A DNA stretch of 24,079 bases from NCBI RefSeq assembly GCF_006345805.1, contig NW_021836489.1, positions 1 to 24,079 on the forward strand, written 5' to 3'. Position numbers and translations under genes: made by a program. The stretch's first letter is position 1. Each line of letters opens with the position of its first letter. The notes beneath the pieces are model-generated. The model was not told where the DNA came from, searched no databases, and worked only from the letters and a program-made list of their open reading frames with translations. The stretch comes from Octopus sinensis. Taxonomy: Eukaryota. Below are positions 8,706 through 19,712 of this stretch, in pieces.

Positions 8706-9512
8706 TTGTCTTGCGAAACCATAAACTCAGTCAAGTGTAACACCATGATTAGGGAGTTGGGGGTGGATGGGGGGAGAGGTCGCGGTTGGGGAGCCAGTGG
8801 GGCAGAGGGATGGACGGGTCTCCGATGCAAGGTCAATGCCTGCACCTCCACCACACAAACCCCAACACCATCAACAATACCACCACTGGCTAACACTAAC
8901 ACTATCACCACCACCACCACCACTACAATCATCATCACTACTACCACCACCATCATCACCACTACCATCACCACCACTACCTCCTCCACCACCACCATCA
9001 CCACCACTACCATCACCACCACTACCTCCACCACCACCACCATCACCTCCACCATCACCACCACTGCCACTACCACCATCACCACCACTGCCACTACCAC
9101 CATCACCACCACCACCATCACCACCACTACCATCACCACCACTACCTCCACCACCACCACCATCACCTCCACCATCACCACCACCGCCACTACCACCATC
9201 ACCACCACCACCATCATCACCACTACCATCACCACCACTACCTCCACCACCACCACCATCACCACCACTACCATCACCACCACTACCTCCACCACCACCA
9301 CCATCACCACCACTACCTCCACCACCACCACCATCACCTCCACCATCACCACCATCACCACCACTACCATCACCACCACTACCTCCACCACCACCACCAT
9401 CACCACCACTACCATCACCACCACTACCACCACTACCTCCACCATCACCATCACCGCCACTACCACCATCACCACAACCACCACCATCAACGTGGGAGGT
9501 TCTTCTGCATAG
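8706..9512 (+). CDS. Possible Thr-rich (mucin-like) exon, unproven
   Basis: Frame open 8676-9512, with ~60 non-repetitive codons before the poly-Thr and a weak CCAG acceptor at 8691-8694. The repeat cannot encode stops in most frames, so ORF length is not evidence of coding. Confidence 0.15.
   Translation: MSCETINSVKCNTMIRELGVDGGRGRGWGASGAEGWTGLRCKVNACTSTTQTPTPSTIPPLANTNTITTTTTTTIIITTTTTIITTTITTTTSSTTTITTTTITTTTSTTTTITSTITTTATTTITTTATTTITTTTITTTTITTTTSTTTTITSTITTTATTTITTTTIITTTITTTTSTTTTITTTTITTTTSTTTTITTTTSTTTTITSTITTITTTTITTTTSTTTTITTTTITTTTTTTSTITITATTTITTTTTINVGGSSA
8895..9490. repeat. Cryptic (CAC)n array with ~15-bp periodicity and a 120-bp higher-order duplication
   Basis: Built almost entirely from ACC/ACT/ATC/TCC/GCC triplets; 8991-9088 matches 9111-9208 at 97/98 nt. 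Confidence 0.95.
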
Positions 9513-9984
9513 TAACTCAACTTTCCAGAGATAGCAGCTAAATCTCCCTTCAAATGCCATCTTGATCAGGGCATGTCTGGGGTCCAACAACAACAATGAC
9601 AACAACAATCACCAGCAGGTTTGTCATAACATGTCTTCTCTGTTAACTAATGCAGTCAGTGGTGGTGGTCATCGTCGTGATGTTTTTGTTGTAGTAGCAG
9701 TGTGAGAAAGTGGGAGGGTTACTATGGGAAACGGTGATGACTATAAACCATCATCACCATCATCATCATCATCATCATCATCAACCATCACCACCCCTTC
9801 CTCTACCCCCATCATCATCATTGTAGATAAGAAATATCTTACAGTGTTATGCTGCGTTGTGGCCATAATGCTGTAATATCATTGCATAACACGTGAATAT
9901 ATCTGTTGGTGTTGGCAGTGAGGTCAAGATGGGTGTGGCAGTACACATGGTGAATGGGTGTGGAGTGTATGTAGATATATGGTA

Positions 9985-10425
<441 letters not shown>

Positions 10426-10662
10426 GGGGGGGTGTTGGTGCCTGTGTGTGCGTGTGAGATGTGAAATGAACTGTAAGAACACAAAGCCGTATTAACACTG
10501 CAAACAAAAGCTGACAGTGCAGACTTAAGAGCAGAGTGAAAAGTTAGAGTTGAAGAGGCCTCTCAGTACAATTCAATAATCAATAAAACCAATCAACTGA
10601 TCAATACCACTCTTTAATACTACCTCATATACATATGTACAAATATATATATATATATATAT

Positions 10663-10802
10663 ACATAAATGCATCTATACATAGACGTATATATAAATAT
10701 ATATATACATATATATATATACATAAATGCATCTATACATAGACGTATATATAAATATATATATACATATATATATATACATAAATGCATCTATACATAG
10801 AC
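10663..10802. repeat. 58-bp tandem repeat, ~2.4 copies
   Basis: ACATAAATGCATCTATACATAGAC starts at 10663, 10721 and 10779. Confidence 0.95.
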
Positions 10803-11101
10803 ATATATATATATATATATATATATATGTATACACACACATGCATGTATGCATGCATAATCATTATCCACTGCTACATGGACATGTGAAAACATTTCAA
10901 TTTTGCTGACAGCATGTTATGAAAGTCTACTTATCTGCAACTTTATGACTACTTACACATCCATACAATGTATACATGCATACATACATACATACATATA
11001 TATATACACATACATACATGCGTACATACATATATATAGAGAGAGATATAGATAGATAGATATACATACATACATACATACATACATAAATACATGCATA
11101 T

Positions 11102-11185
11102 GAGCCTGGTGCCGCCTTCTGGCTCACCAGTCCTCAGTCAAACCATCCAACCCATGCCAGCATGGAAAGCGGATGTTAATCAACA

Positions 11186-11220
<35 letters not shown>
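11102..11220 (+). mobile_element. RTE-type 3' terminus with (GAT)n tail
   Basis: GAGCCTGGTGCCGCCTTCTGGCTCACCAGTCCTCAGTCAAACCATCCAACCCATGCCAGCATGGAAAGCGGATGTTAA..(GAT)n. Confidence 0.85.
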
Positions 11221-11454
11221 ACATGTACGTGTGTGCATGCATGCATCTAATCTATATATTAGACAACTCCAACCATGAACTCCACACCTCACCATTGAAG
11301 GATGGCTATGGCTACAGTGTCCACTCTATCTGACACCCTTGCTCTCTCAGCAAAGCATTTGTCCAGTTTGCAAGCTGAAATTTTGGGGCCACAGGCAAAG
11401 CATTATTCAGCCTGCTGGGATGTTAAGATTGACCATCAAATGTTGTCAGCATCC

Positions 11455-11728
11455 TGGTCCACACTGAAAAGTGGTTGGTGTTGAGAAGGGCATCCAGCTG
11501 TAAAAACCTTGTCAAAACTGACCTCACCTGTGCTTGTGCCACGTAAAAAACACCAAGTCCACTCTGCTGAGTGGTTGGTGTTAGGAAGGGCATCCAGCTG
11601 TAAAAGTCCTGCCAAAACAGTTACAGAAGTCTGGTGCAGGCTTCTACCTGGCTGGCTCCTATTAAACCATCCCACCCATGCCGGCATGGAAGGCAGACGT
11701 TAAACGATGATGATGATGATGATGATGA
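11455..11728 (+). mobile_element. RTE-type 3' terminus with an internal ~100-bp-period duplication and (GAT)n tail
   Basis: AGTGGTTGGTGTT..GAAGGGCATCCAGCTGTAAAA occurs twice (~11470 and ~11571); ends CCCATGCCGGCATGGAAGGCAGACGTTAAAC(GAT)7. Confidence 0.85.
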
Positions 11729-12068
11729 GATATATCTCTCCTTCTAGATACTATATACACCCTTTAGATATTATATATTCAGCCCTCTAAATAGTATAAA
11801 CATTCCTTTAGATATTATATTCATCCCAATCTGTCTCTAGTTAATCTCTTGTAACAGATAATCCTGATGTTATTATTCAAGCTTTTCTTGTACTGCCTGA
11901 ATGACTCAGATGGTGACCAGCCCATAGCCTACTCCACCATATATTTTAAATTCCCCAGTGACCATTCCTGATGTCCCAAATTTTGTATCCTTAAAAACAT
12001 GGCCAATACCAGTGGCTAGTTATTTGGTCTGGTCTTCTGGCAGTTGGCCTTCTCTCTCCAATTTTAAA

Positions 12069-12384
12069 GGAGCACTCTGTCAGTTATGATGACGAGAGTC
12101 CCAGCTGATACGATCAACGGAACAGTGAAATTAATGTGCAAGTGGCTGAGCACTCCACAGACACATGTAAGCCTTAACGTAGTTCTCAGGAAGATTCAGC
12201 ATGACACAGTGTGACAAGGCTGGCCCGTTGAAATACAGATACTACTCATTTTTGCCAGCTGAGGAGACTGGAGCAACGTGAAATAAAGTGTCTTGCTCAA
12301 GGACACAACATGTTGCCGGGAATTGAACTCACGACTTTACGATCATGAGCCGGATGCCCTAACCACTAAGCCTCACACCTTCAC
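12069..12384 (-). mobile_element. tRNA-derived SINE family D
   Basis: Reverse complement starts GTGAAGGTGTGAGGCTTAGTGGTTAGGGC (A box) ..GTGAGTTCAATTCCCGG (B box), then TGTTGTGTCCTTGAGCAAGACACTTTATTTCAC. Confidence 0.8.
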
Positions 12385-12528
12385 CCTCTGCAATACATTC
12401 TCTTCATTCAGTAACCCCTGCTGCTAGCATTTTTGTACCCCTTTGTTTTCAATATCATCACAATCATCTCTCCTGGATCAGATCTTCTACACTGACCTAA
12501 AATCCGGAACACCTCACGTTTCTAATCA

Positions 12529-12569
<41 letters not shown>

Positions 12570-12637
12570 CTCTCGCTCTCTCTCCCACTCTCTCTCTCCC
12601 TCTCTCTCTTTCCCCCTCTACTCTCCCCTCTCATTAC

Positions 12638-12998
12638 CCAGTTTGACTGTGTGGCACCTTGGGTAAGTGTCTTCTACTGTAGCCTTGGGCCGACCAAAAA
12701 CTTTGTGAGTGAATTTGGAAGATGGAAACTGAAAGAAGCCCATTGTATATATATGTGTGTATGTATGTCTCTGTTTTTGCATCTGTTTTTGTCGCCCCCC
12801 CCCCACCACCACCAATTGGCAACCAGTATTGATGTGTTTACATCCCTGTAACTTAGCAGTTCAGCTAAAGATACCGATAGAATAAGTACTAAAATAATAG
12901 GCCCTGGGATTGATTTGTTCAACTAAAATCCTTCAAGGTGGTGCCCCAGCATGGCCGCAGTCAAGTGAGTGAAACAAGTAAAAGGTCAAAGAGAAAAG
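12638..12998 (+). mobile_element. SINE family B, 5'-truncated
   Basis: Aligns with 5935-6240 and 19405-19712; abuts a (CT)n tract at ~12530-12630. Confidence 0.85.
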
Positions 12999-15073
12999 AT
13001 ATATATGTGTATATATAATATGTATATAAGGCATGTATGTTTGTGTGTGCTTGTATGTATGTATATGCTTGCTGGGTTTGCAAGAAAAGTGAGTGCCCTG
13101 ACCTTTGTAGGCCCTTCACTACTGGTAAGATTGATGCTTTCAATGTTTCCCTTAAGCTGTTGCCATTCAACTGTTGTGGGAACTGTGGGAAAGATGTGAA
13201 CAGAGAAGAAATTCTTTTGGGACAACCTTTTAGAGAAGAAAGGATTGGCTGCCATGGTTAGTGCAGGGCTTGTTGAAAGGGAAGGGATGGTTGGAGCCCG
13301 CTTAAATCCAAGAAACAGAGGTCATTATCGTAGCAAGAGAAAGGGTAGAAAGATGGAACAGTAAACCTGTGACCAGAATAACTTGATGTCTGACGGTCAC
13401 CCAATGTAGCTGTATAGTTTAGTCATATTTCCCTTTTTGATGTGTCTAAAAGAAAAAATATAACTGTAGTATCTTTGTTTAAATTTCCCCTTAGACAAGC
13501 CTATGTAGTATTTGTATCAACTGATTTGAATTAGGAAAGAATCCATTCAGTATTAGTCTTATATTTACCTTTTAATAGATGGGTTTGTAACAAGTATAAT
13601 AGCTTTGATCATTGGTCAACATGACTATGGCTGAACTGTAGTATCAGTTCACAATTATTTGTATCACCCCCAAGTTTTCACTCCTCACAAAGAGATCCAC
13701 TCACAAACTCCAGTGAAGAGCTACTCATGAACTGAGCATCCTGTAAATTCTGAGCTTGACTCACAGTCTACGAAATCTGCTCACATTATTTTGATGTGAA
13801 ATAAGAATTACAAATTTATTTCAAGAGAATATTGAAACTGCTAAAGTTCAACAGTTGTAGTTTTTTTATCTCTCCCTCCCTCCCTCCTGCCCACTCTCTC
13901 TCTCTCTCTCTCTTTCTCTTTCTCTATTGTGATTGGTTAGTTTCTAACATTTGATGCTACGCAACCCTAAGGCTGTTCCACCAGACACACCACCAAACTC
14001 ACTCGCAACAGGTAATTTTATAGCAGCAGTATTGCAGCAATGCGTCGTTGTGATGTTAAACCATCATAACAAACTACAATTGTTCTAAAAGACCACACTT
14101 CCCATCATGCATCATAAATCTAAGATAAATTTGTCGATTCCTTTGAAGTTAAAAGAGATCAAAGATAAATGGCAGACCTTTGAAGCAGTTCTGTGAGAGT
14201 TCATGACAGACCAATATAATTCTGTTTCAGTCTAAGATATAAATACGCTTATTAACCACATGAAACCTTACTAACAGGGCTCCCTCATCTTTCCCTTGAG
14301 GTACACTCGACATTAACCAATTAATCATTATGTTATGTGTTTGCTTTGGCTTGAGTTCCACTCAACAGAACCCCTTAAATTAGTTTAGGGGACTTTTATT
14401 GTTTCATAAGGAACTATAGAAGAAACGATGTAGATGTATCTGATTTTTTGGTTTTTACTGTTCTGTGTTGTACAGCATGTTAGACCATCCAGGACCACCA
14501 CATTTGACAGATTCTGTTACTTGATAGTTCAACCTTCCGTTATTTGTTGGAATAAATTCCAAGAGTGGTATTCATAACCCTTTCACATGGCAGTAGATTT
14601 TTAAGAAAGAGAACAATATCCTAGTAATTGACTGGTACTTTATTCATGAATAGGAACGGGACACAGAATACAAAAAGCCCAAACAATCACCACATGTTCT
14701 AATCTTAATGTTCTAACAGTCCTGTCAATCAACTGCACCACATCTGTGCTGAAAGAAATAAAATAGATCTCTAATGTTAAAAACCTATAAATATATAACT
14801 TCTATTAAATTACTTTATTGTATATTTAAGTTTAGGATCTTAGAGAGATGTTTTAGAGACTTGTTCAGGTGAATTATTTTCTGTGACTGTGGGGTTCCCC
14901 TTCCCCATAGCCTTGCTTTAAATTATCAAGAGATGTACCACGTGATAACCCCTACATGTCAGCTGAAAATCTTTTAACATCTGTCTTCATTCGTTATCTT
15001 TGGTTCCTCCTTCCAAGCACTGGACTCTTCCCCACCCCCATGCAAATCTCCACCAATCATTGACCATCCCACA

Positions 15074-15524
15074 TTTTACTTTATTCTTTTACTTGTTTCA
15101 ATTATTTGAATGCAGCCAATGCTGGAGCACTCCCTTGAAAGGTTTTACTCAAACAAATTGACCCCCAAGACTTGTTTTTTTTTAAAGCCTAGTACTTATT
15201 CTATCAGTTTCTTTTGCTGAACCACGAGGTTGACAACTCTAGTCTGTGTTTGTCCCCACCCCTGTCACCGCTTGACAACTCTAGTTGTCAATCATTGATG
15301 GTGGGGGAACAAACACAGACACAAAAACACACACACATGCATATATATATTCATATATATATGATGGGCTTCTTTCAGTTTCCATCTACAAAATCCACTC
15401 ACAGGATTCTGATCAACCTGAAGTTATACTGGAGACACTTGTCCAAGGTGCCACACAATGGAACTGAACCCAGAACCATGTGGCTGAGAAGCAAGCTTCT
15501 TACCACTCTGCCATGCCTGTGCCT
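15074..15524 (-). mobile_element. SINE family B with an internal fold-back rearrangement
   Basis: Reverse complement has the B head (GGTTCAGTTCC, ACCTTGGACAAGTGTCT), internal microsatellite and B tail; 15230-15285 is rearranged. Confidence 0.85.
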
Positions 15525-15874
15525 CCTTGTCCCGGCACCCAAACCATTTTATCAGTTGTAGAATTAGAACCAAGTCCACACCATAGTGTGTGCTTTCTTT
15601 CACTAGGGCAACATGGAGCCATGTCCCCCAAACCTAAAATCAGGGATGACTCAGGCATTAGGGTTTACACTGCTGTCCATCTTTAAAGCAAAGCAATGTG
15701 GACAAGGTTTGTTTGGAGGATCCTCAGAGATAGTGCCTTGCCTGAAGAAATCTAAAAGACTCCAGGAGCAATTGACAGAACTGTTCCAAGGATATGACTG
15801 GAATTTATTTTATCAAGGGACAATGGAAAACCAAGTTGACTGTAGAAGGATTTGAACTTAAAAGGTAAAGGATT

Positions 15875-16100
15875 GAAACTAAATGGCAGAAGACATTTGT
15901 CTGAGATTGGTTCATGTGATGGGAACTGCGAGAGAGAGGGAAGAAGGAGAAAACGAAAGAAGAGTAGTGGGAGGGGAGAAGAAGGAGAGAGGGGGAGAAG
16001 GGACAGAGATAGAGGAGAAGAAAGTGGGAAAGAGAAGGCAGAATGCATCAGAGTAAGGGACAGAGAGAGGAAAGAAGACAGAGAGAAAGCAGAAACGGGA
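15875..16100. repeat. Purine-rich (GA/GAA/GGA) low-complexity tract
   Basis: Read directly; source of ORFs 15852-16115 and 15752-16048. Confidence 0.8.
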
Positions 16101-16109
16101 CAGGTTTCC

Positions 16110-16526
16110 TTTTGATTTGACTTTCTGGGTGATCTTTGACCTCATGGAGGTTTCTGCAGGAATGGCTGATTTTCACTGAATGCCTACTGAATATCTTACT
16201 ATATTTATGTTGAGGGAGTTAATGCTTATCTGTTAGGTTTGAGGAGTTTCTGCCAATGTTAATCTTCACGGTTTAGGGAGAAGGGAAATGTGACCCAGAT
16301 AATTTCCCTACTTCTGTTTTTGCTTTTTTATCCGTAGTTTAGGATTAGGCATATGCTTAATTTTATCTTTAAATCTGCTACCTTCAAGTGCTTTATTATA
16401 GTAAGGGACTGCCTTATCATACATCTCTTTAGAAGGAGATAAGCTGGAGATCCTTTGGCTTATATGGGAGACTAGGTTTTTTAAATGACAGGCGGCTGGT
16501 TGGAATCTCTGTGAATATATCTTAGC
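16110..16526 (-). mobile_element. Penelope-like element, RT C-terminal (thumb) region, decayed and inverted
   Basis: With frameshifts: LRYIHRDSNQPPVI/KNLVSHISQRISSLSPSKEMYDKAVPYYNKALEGSRFKDKIKHMPNP/RSREIIWVTFPFSLN/VKINIGRN..TDKH*LPQHKYSKIFSRHSVKISHSC. This matches the PLE pattern YIHxxSNHPP..PYYxxAL..IIWFNPPFS..KIFNRNxxKISYSC as I recall it; no database search was run. Confidence 0.8.
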
Positions 16527-16530
16527 TTTT

Positions 16531-17700
16531 CAATGGGTAAGAAGATAAATAATGATGATTATTACAGTTGTAGATTATGTGGTCATAATAATGTTAGTAA
16601 TGTTGGTATGAGTGATCCCTGCCATAAGTATAATATAATTGTAAATAGGAATAAGATTTAAAATAGAAGCAAAAATAACTGGGAACTGACAATTAAAATT
16701 AATAATAATGAAAGTATTACTTCTACTGCTAAGAAGAAGAAGAACAGCAACAATAACAACAATAACTCAGTACCTGTATCTAATAATATTAAGGGAAAAC
16801 AGAATGATATTACTTAGAATGGCAGCTATTATCATAATAAACCAGGGAGTATAAATAATAACCAAGTTACACGAGACCTACAAAATTTTGCAGAAACAAG
16901 GTTGAAGTAATAGATTATATAAGTGTATTTTGTAGTTCAACCCCCCCCCCTTTCAATCTAAATGGTGCTTCAAATGTGGCTGGTAAATTTTCCCAATCTT
17001 TTGACTGACACTTCCATGCATCCATAAACTTTTCAATAGACACACAGTTAAACTGGCTCACTCCAAAACATCAAATACATAGTGAGATTTAATCGTGAAA
17101 AATTAAACTGTGTAACTAGTAACACTGTAACTGTCAACCCCATCCTTGTAATAACACTACACTGGACTCTATAAAGAACCACAATACCATAAATAATGCA
17201 ACTGATAAACAGACTGATTCACCTGGTTCTAATTATAGAATTACAAATGATAATGTGTTTTGTGTAACTGCTGAAATAAATCACTATGTCAAATCAACAA
17301 CCAATGCCTAAGGCAAAACCTGGTGTATAAGTGTTCCATTACTGTACCTGGTAGAGAACATTTTACATAGCTGCATCCTCTTCCATATTTATATTTCTCT
17401 TGAATAATCACAAATCTACAGATAGGTATAAAAATATGACTAGTAGTAGATCTTTGGCTAAACTTGGGCATTCTCTCTCAGCTCATAACACTGAATATAA
17501 ATTGATTGGGTCATTGTTCGCAAAACACAGCCATATAAGGGTAGGGGTAAATGGTGCAGGCTTTGAGTATCTAAAGCATTCCATATCAGTAGAATAAAAT
17601 TGAATATTATTAATCAATGTGATATATTGATTATGGAATATCAGCATCTCAGAAATAAATTGTACCTATACACTATGAATACTCAAACCACAAATTAACT
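16531..17700 (+). mobile_element. Penelope-like element, Asn-rich linker plus GIY-YIG endonuclease, decayed
   Basis: From 17263: CNC*NKSLCQINNQCLRQNLVYKCSITVPGREH/FYIAASSSIFIFLLNNHKS..SLAKLGHSLSAHNTEYKL/YKGRGKWCRL*VSKAFHI..NIINQCDIL..HLRNKLYL. This fits CNCR..CP..CL..VY..YIG..NHK..CxLC..HxNK. Confidence 0.8.
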
Positions 17701-18219
17701 GATCAGTCTGAAGCCACTCAATTTATATAATTTATAACTTGTATTTCCCTTTTGTAATGCATAATACATTTGATTGCATTATATCATTCCATTAATACAT
17801 AGAATTACCTAATGACTGAAATATAATTTTTAGTCTACAAGTCTCTCACACTCATATACTTTTATGCTCCCAAGACAGAAGTCATTATGCCTTTGATGAC
17901 TGCTTCTGGTTCGTGTCCCTCTACACCTCAGAACTTCCTTATCTTGCTCACTAATTGACTTACTCTTAGGAATTATGCATTAGATACATATGATTTAGTT
18001 TAATTTTTTATTTTACATAAAGATAATTCCTCTGGCAGATTGGTTTTACAGATGAGTTCACCTACTAAAATCTATATCTGAAATTTTCACTAAATGTAAG
18101 CAACTGGATAAGTTTCCATTATTGAAATGTACCACACAAACCTCTCTGGATTTAAGCATGTGGTCTCACAACCTTTAACCCTTCTTCAATCAATACACTA
18201 GCCATTAATAACACTCACT

Positions 18220-18441
18220 CCCACCCTCCCTCTCTTTCTCTCCCTCCCTATCTCTCCCTCACCCTCTCTCATACCCTCCCTCTTTCTCACCCTCCCTCCC
18301 CTTTTCCCTATCTCCTACCCTCTCTCCCATCCTCCAACCTTCCCTCTTTCCTACCTTCCCTCCCCTTCCCCCCATTTCTGCCTCTCTCCCATCCTCTGCT
18401 CTTTTCACCATCTTTCTTTCCCACCATCTCCCTCTCCTCCA

Positions 18442-18480
<39 letters not shown>

Positions 18481-18482
18481 TC
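18220..18482. repeat. Pyrimidine-rich low-complexity tract ending in (CT)n
   Basis: Read directly from sequence. Confidence 0.85.
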
Positions 18483-19080
18483 TATCCTAGAGACTTGTCC
18501 CTTGATTCTGTAGCCCACTTTATTATTAAAGTTGCAAAAACTATAGCAATAATCTGCTACTCAGAGTTTCCTCTTCCCATTCATCAGGCAGTTGTGATCC
18601 AGAATGGAACAAGGATTTAGGTTATACGCATAATCTATATTATGGTGTAATGCACATTGACAAATACAGATTTGAATTTGATTGGTCGTTTCAACTAACG
18701 GTTTTTTTCCAAAAGCTTTGAAGCTAGGACAGTAAATGTAAATAGAAAATAAAGAATAAAATTAAAAAATACAATTAAAATAAAAAGGCATAAATATCAT
18801 GTATAAAATCAAAAAAAAAAAACATTCAATCAAAAAGAAATCTTTAGGTTAAAAACAAATCGTGCATGTCCAGAGTGAATTAATTAAAGGTAAATAAGTA
18901 ATTAATATAAATGTAAAGTCTGTTTTAAAAAAATTAAGCCATGGCTTTGGGAAAGCTCATAGATATTGATAAAAGCAGTAACGGGCTTCTTTTTATATAA
19001 GCAACTCCTACACGCACATATGAAAATACACGCATAAGGACTATATACTTATACATACATACACACATACATAAACACAT

Positions 19081-19290
19081 ATTCTTTCATTCTTTTACTT
19101 GTTTCAGTCATTTGACTGCAGCCATGCTGGAGCACCGCCTTTAGTCGAACAATTCAACCCCAGGACTTATTCTTTGTAAGCCTGGTACTTATTCTATCGA
19201 TCTCTTTTGCTGAACCGCTAAGTAAACGCACCAGCATCAGTTGTCAAGTGATGTTGTGGGGAGACAAATACAGACATACAAACATATATA
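19081..19290 (-). mobile_element. SINE family B, 3' half
   Basis: Reverse complement ..TAAAGGCGGTGCTCCAGCATGGCTGCAGTCAAATGACTGAAACAAGTAAAAGAATGAAAGAAT. Confidence 0.9.
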
Positions 19291-19295
19291 CACGC

Positions 19296-19349
<54 letters not shown>

Positions 19350-19351
<2 letters not shown>

Positions 19352-19712
19352 AGGAGTGACTGTGCGGTAAGTAGCTTGCTAACCAACCACATGGTTCCAG
19401 GTTCAGTCCCACTGCGTGGCATCTTGGGCAAGTGTCTTCTGCTATAGCCCCGTGCCGACCAATGCCTTGTGAGTGGATTTGGTAGACGGAAACTGAAAGA
19501 AGCCTGTCGTATATATGTATATATATATATATGTGTGTTTGTGTGTCTGTGTTTGTCCCCCTAGCATTGCTTGATAATTGATGCTGGTGTGTTTACATCC
19601 CCGTAACTTAGCGGTTCGGCAAAAGAGGCCAATAGAATAGGTACTGGGCTTACAAAGAATAAGTCCCGGGGTCGATTTGTTCGACTAAAGGCGGTGCTCC
19701 AGCATGTCCACA
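19350..19712 (+). mobile_element. SINE family B, near full length
   Basis: Head with B-box-like GGTTCAGTCCC (19400-19410), CORE-like TCTTGGGCAAGTGTCTT, internal (TA/TG)n; ends GGCGGTGCTCCAGCATG. Preceded by ~50 bp of (TA)n. Confidence 0.9.

Noticed and set aside
8807-8830. GWTGLRC resembling the end of an EGF domain
   Set aside because: The upstream C-x-C cysteines are absent (ASGAEG), so it is not an EGF repeat.
11296-11380. Possible minus-strand exon CKLDKCFAERARVSDRVDTVAIAILQ with a GTGAGG donor
   Set aside because: Weak acceptor, no homology recognised, and no compatible neighbouring exon.
13941-14560. Plus-strand donor CAG|GTAATT (~14011) and strong acceptor ..TGTTGTACAG (~14476)
   Set aside because: Splicing them yields an immediate stop, and the other frames close quickly.
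15545-15870. 80-aa ORF 15613-15855 with an acceptor-like site
   Set aside because: Its 3' part (~15795-15860) is a degenerate SINE A fragment, and no domain is recognisable.
18560-18730. Acceptor-like sites on both strands with ~45-55 codon frames (e.g. SCDPEWNKDLGYTHNLYYG)
   Set aside because: No good donor, no homology recognised; the pyrimidine tract is simply an A/T-rich low-complexity flank.
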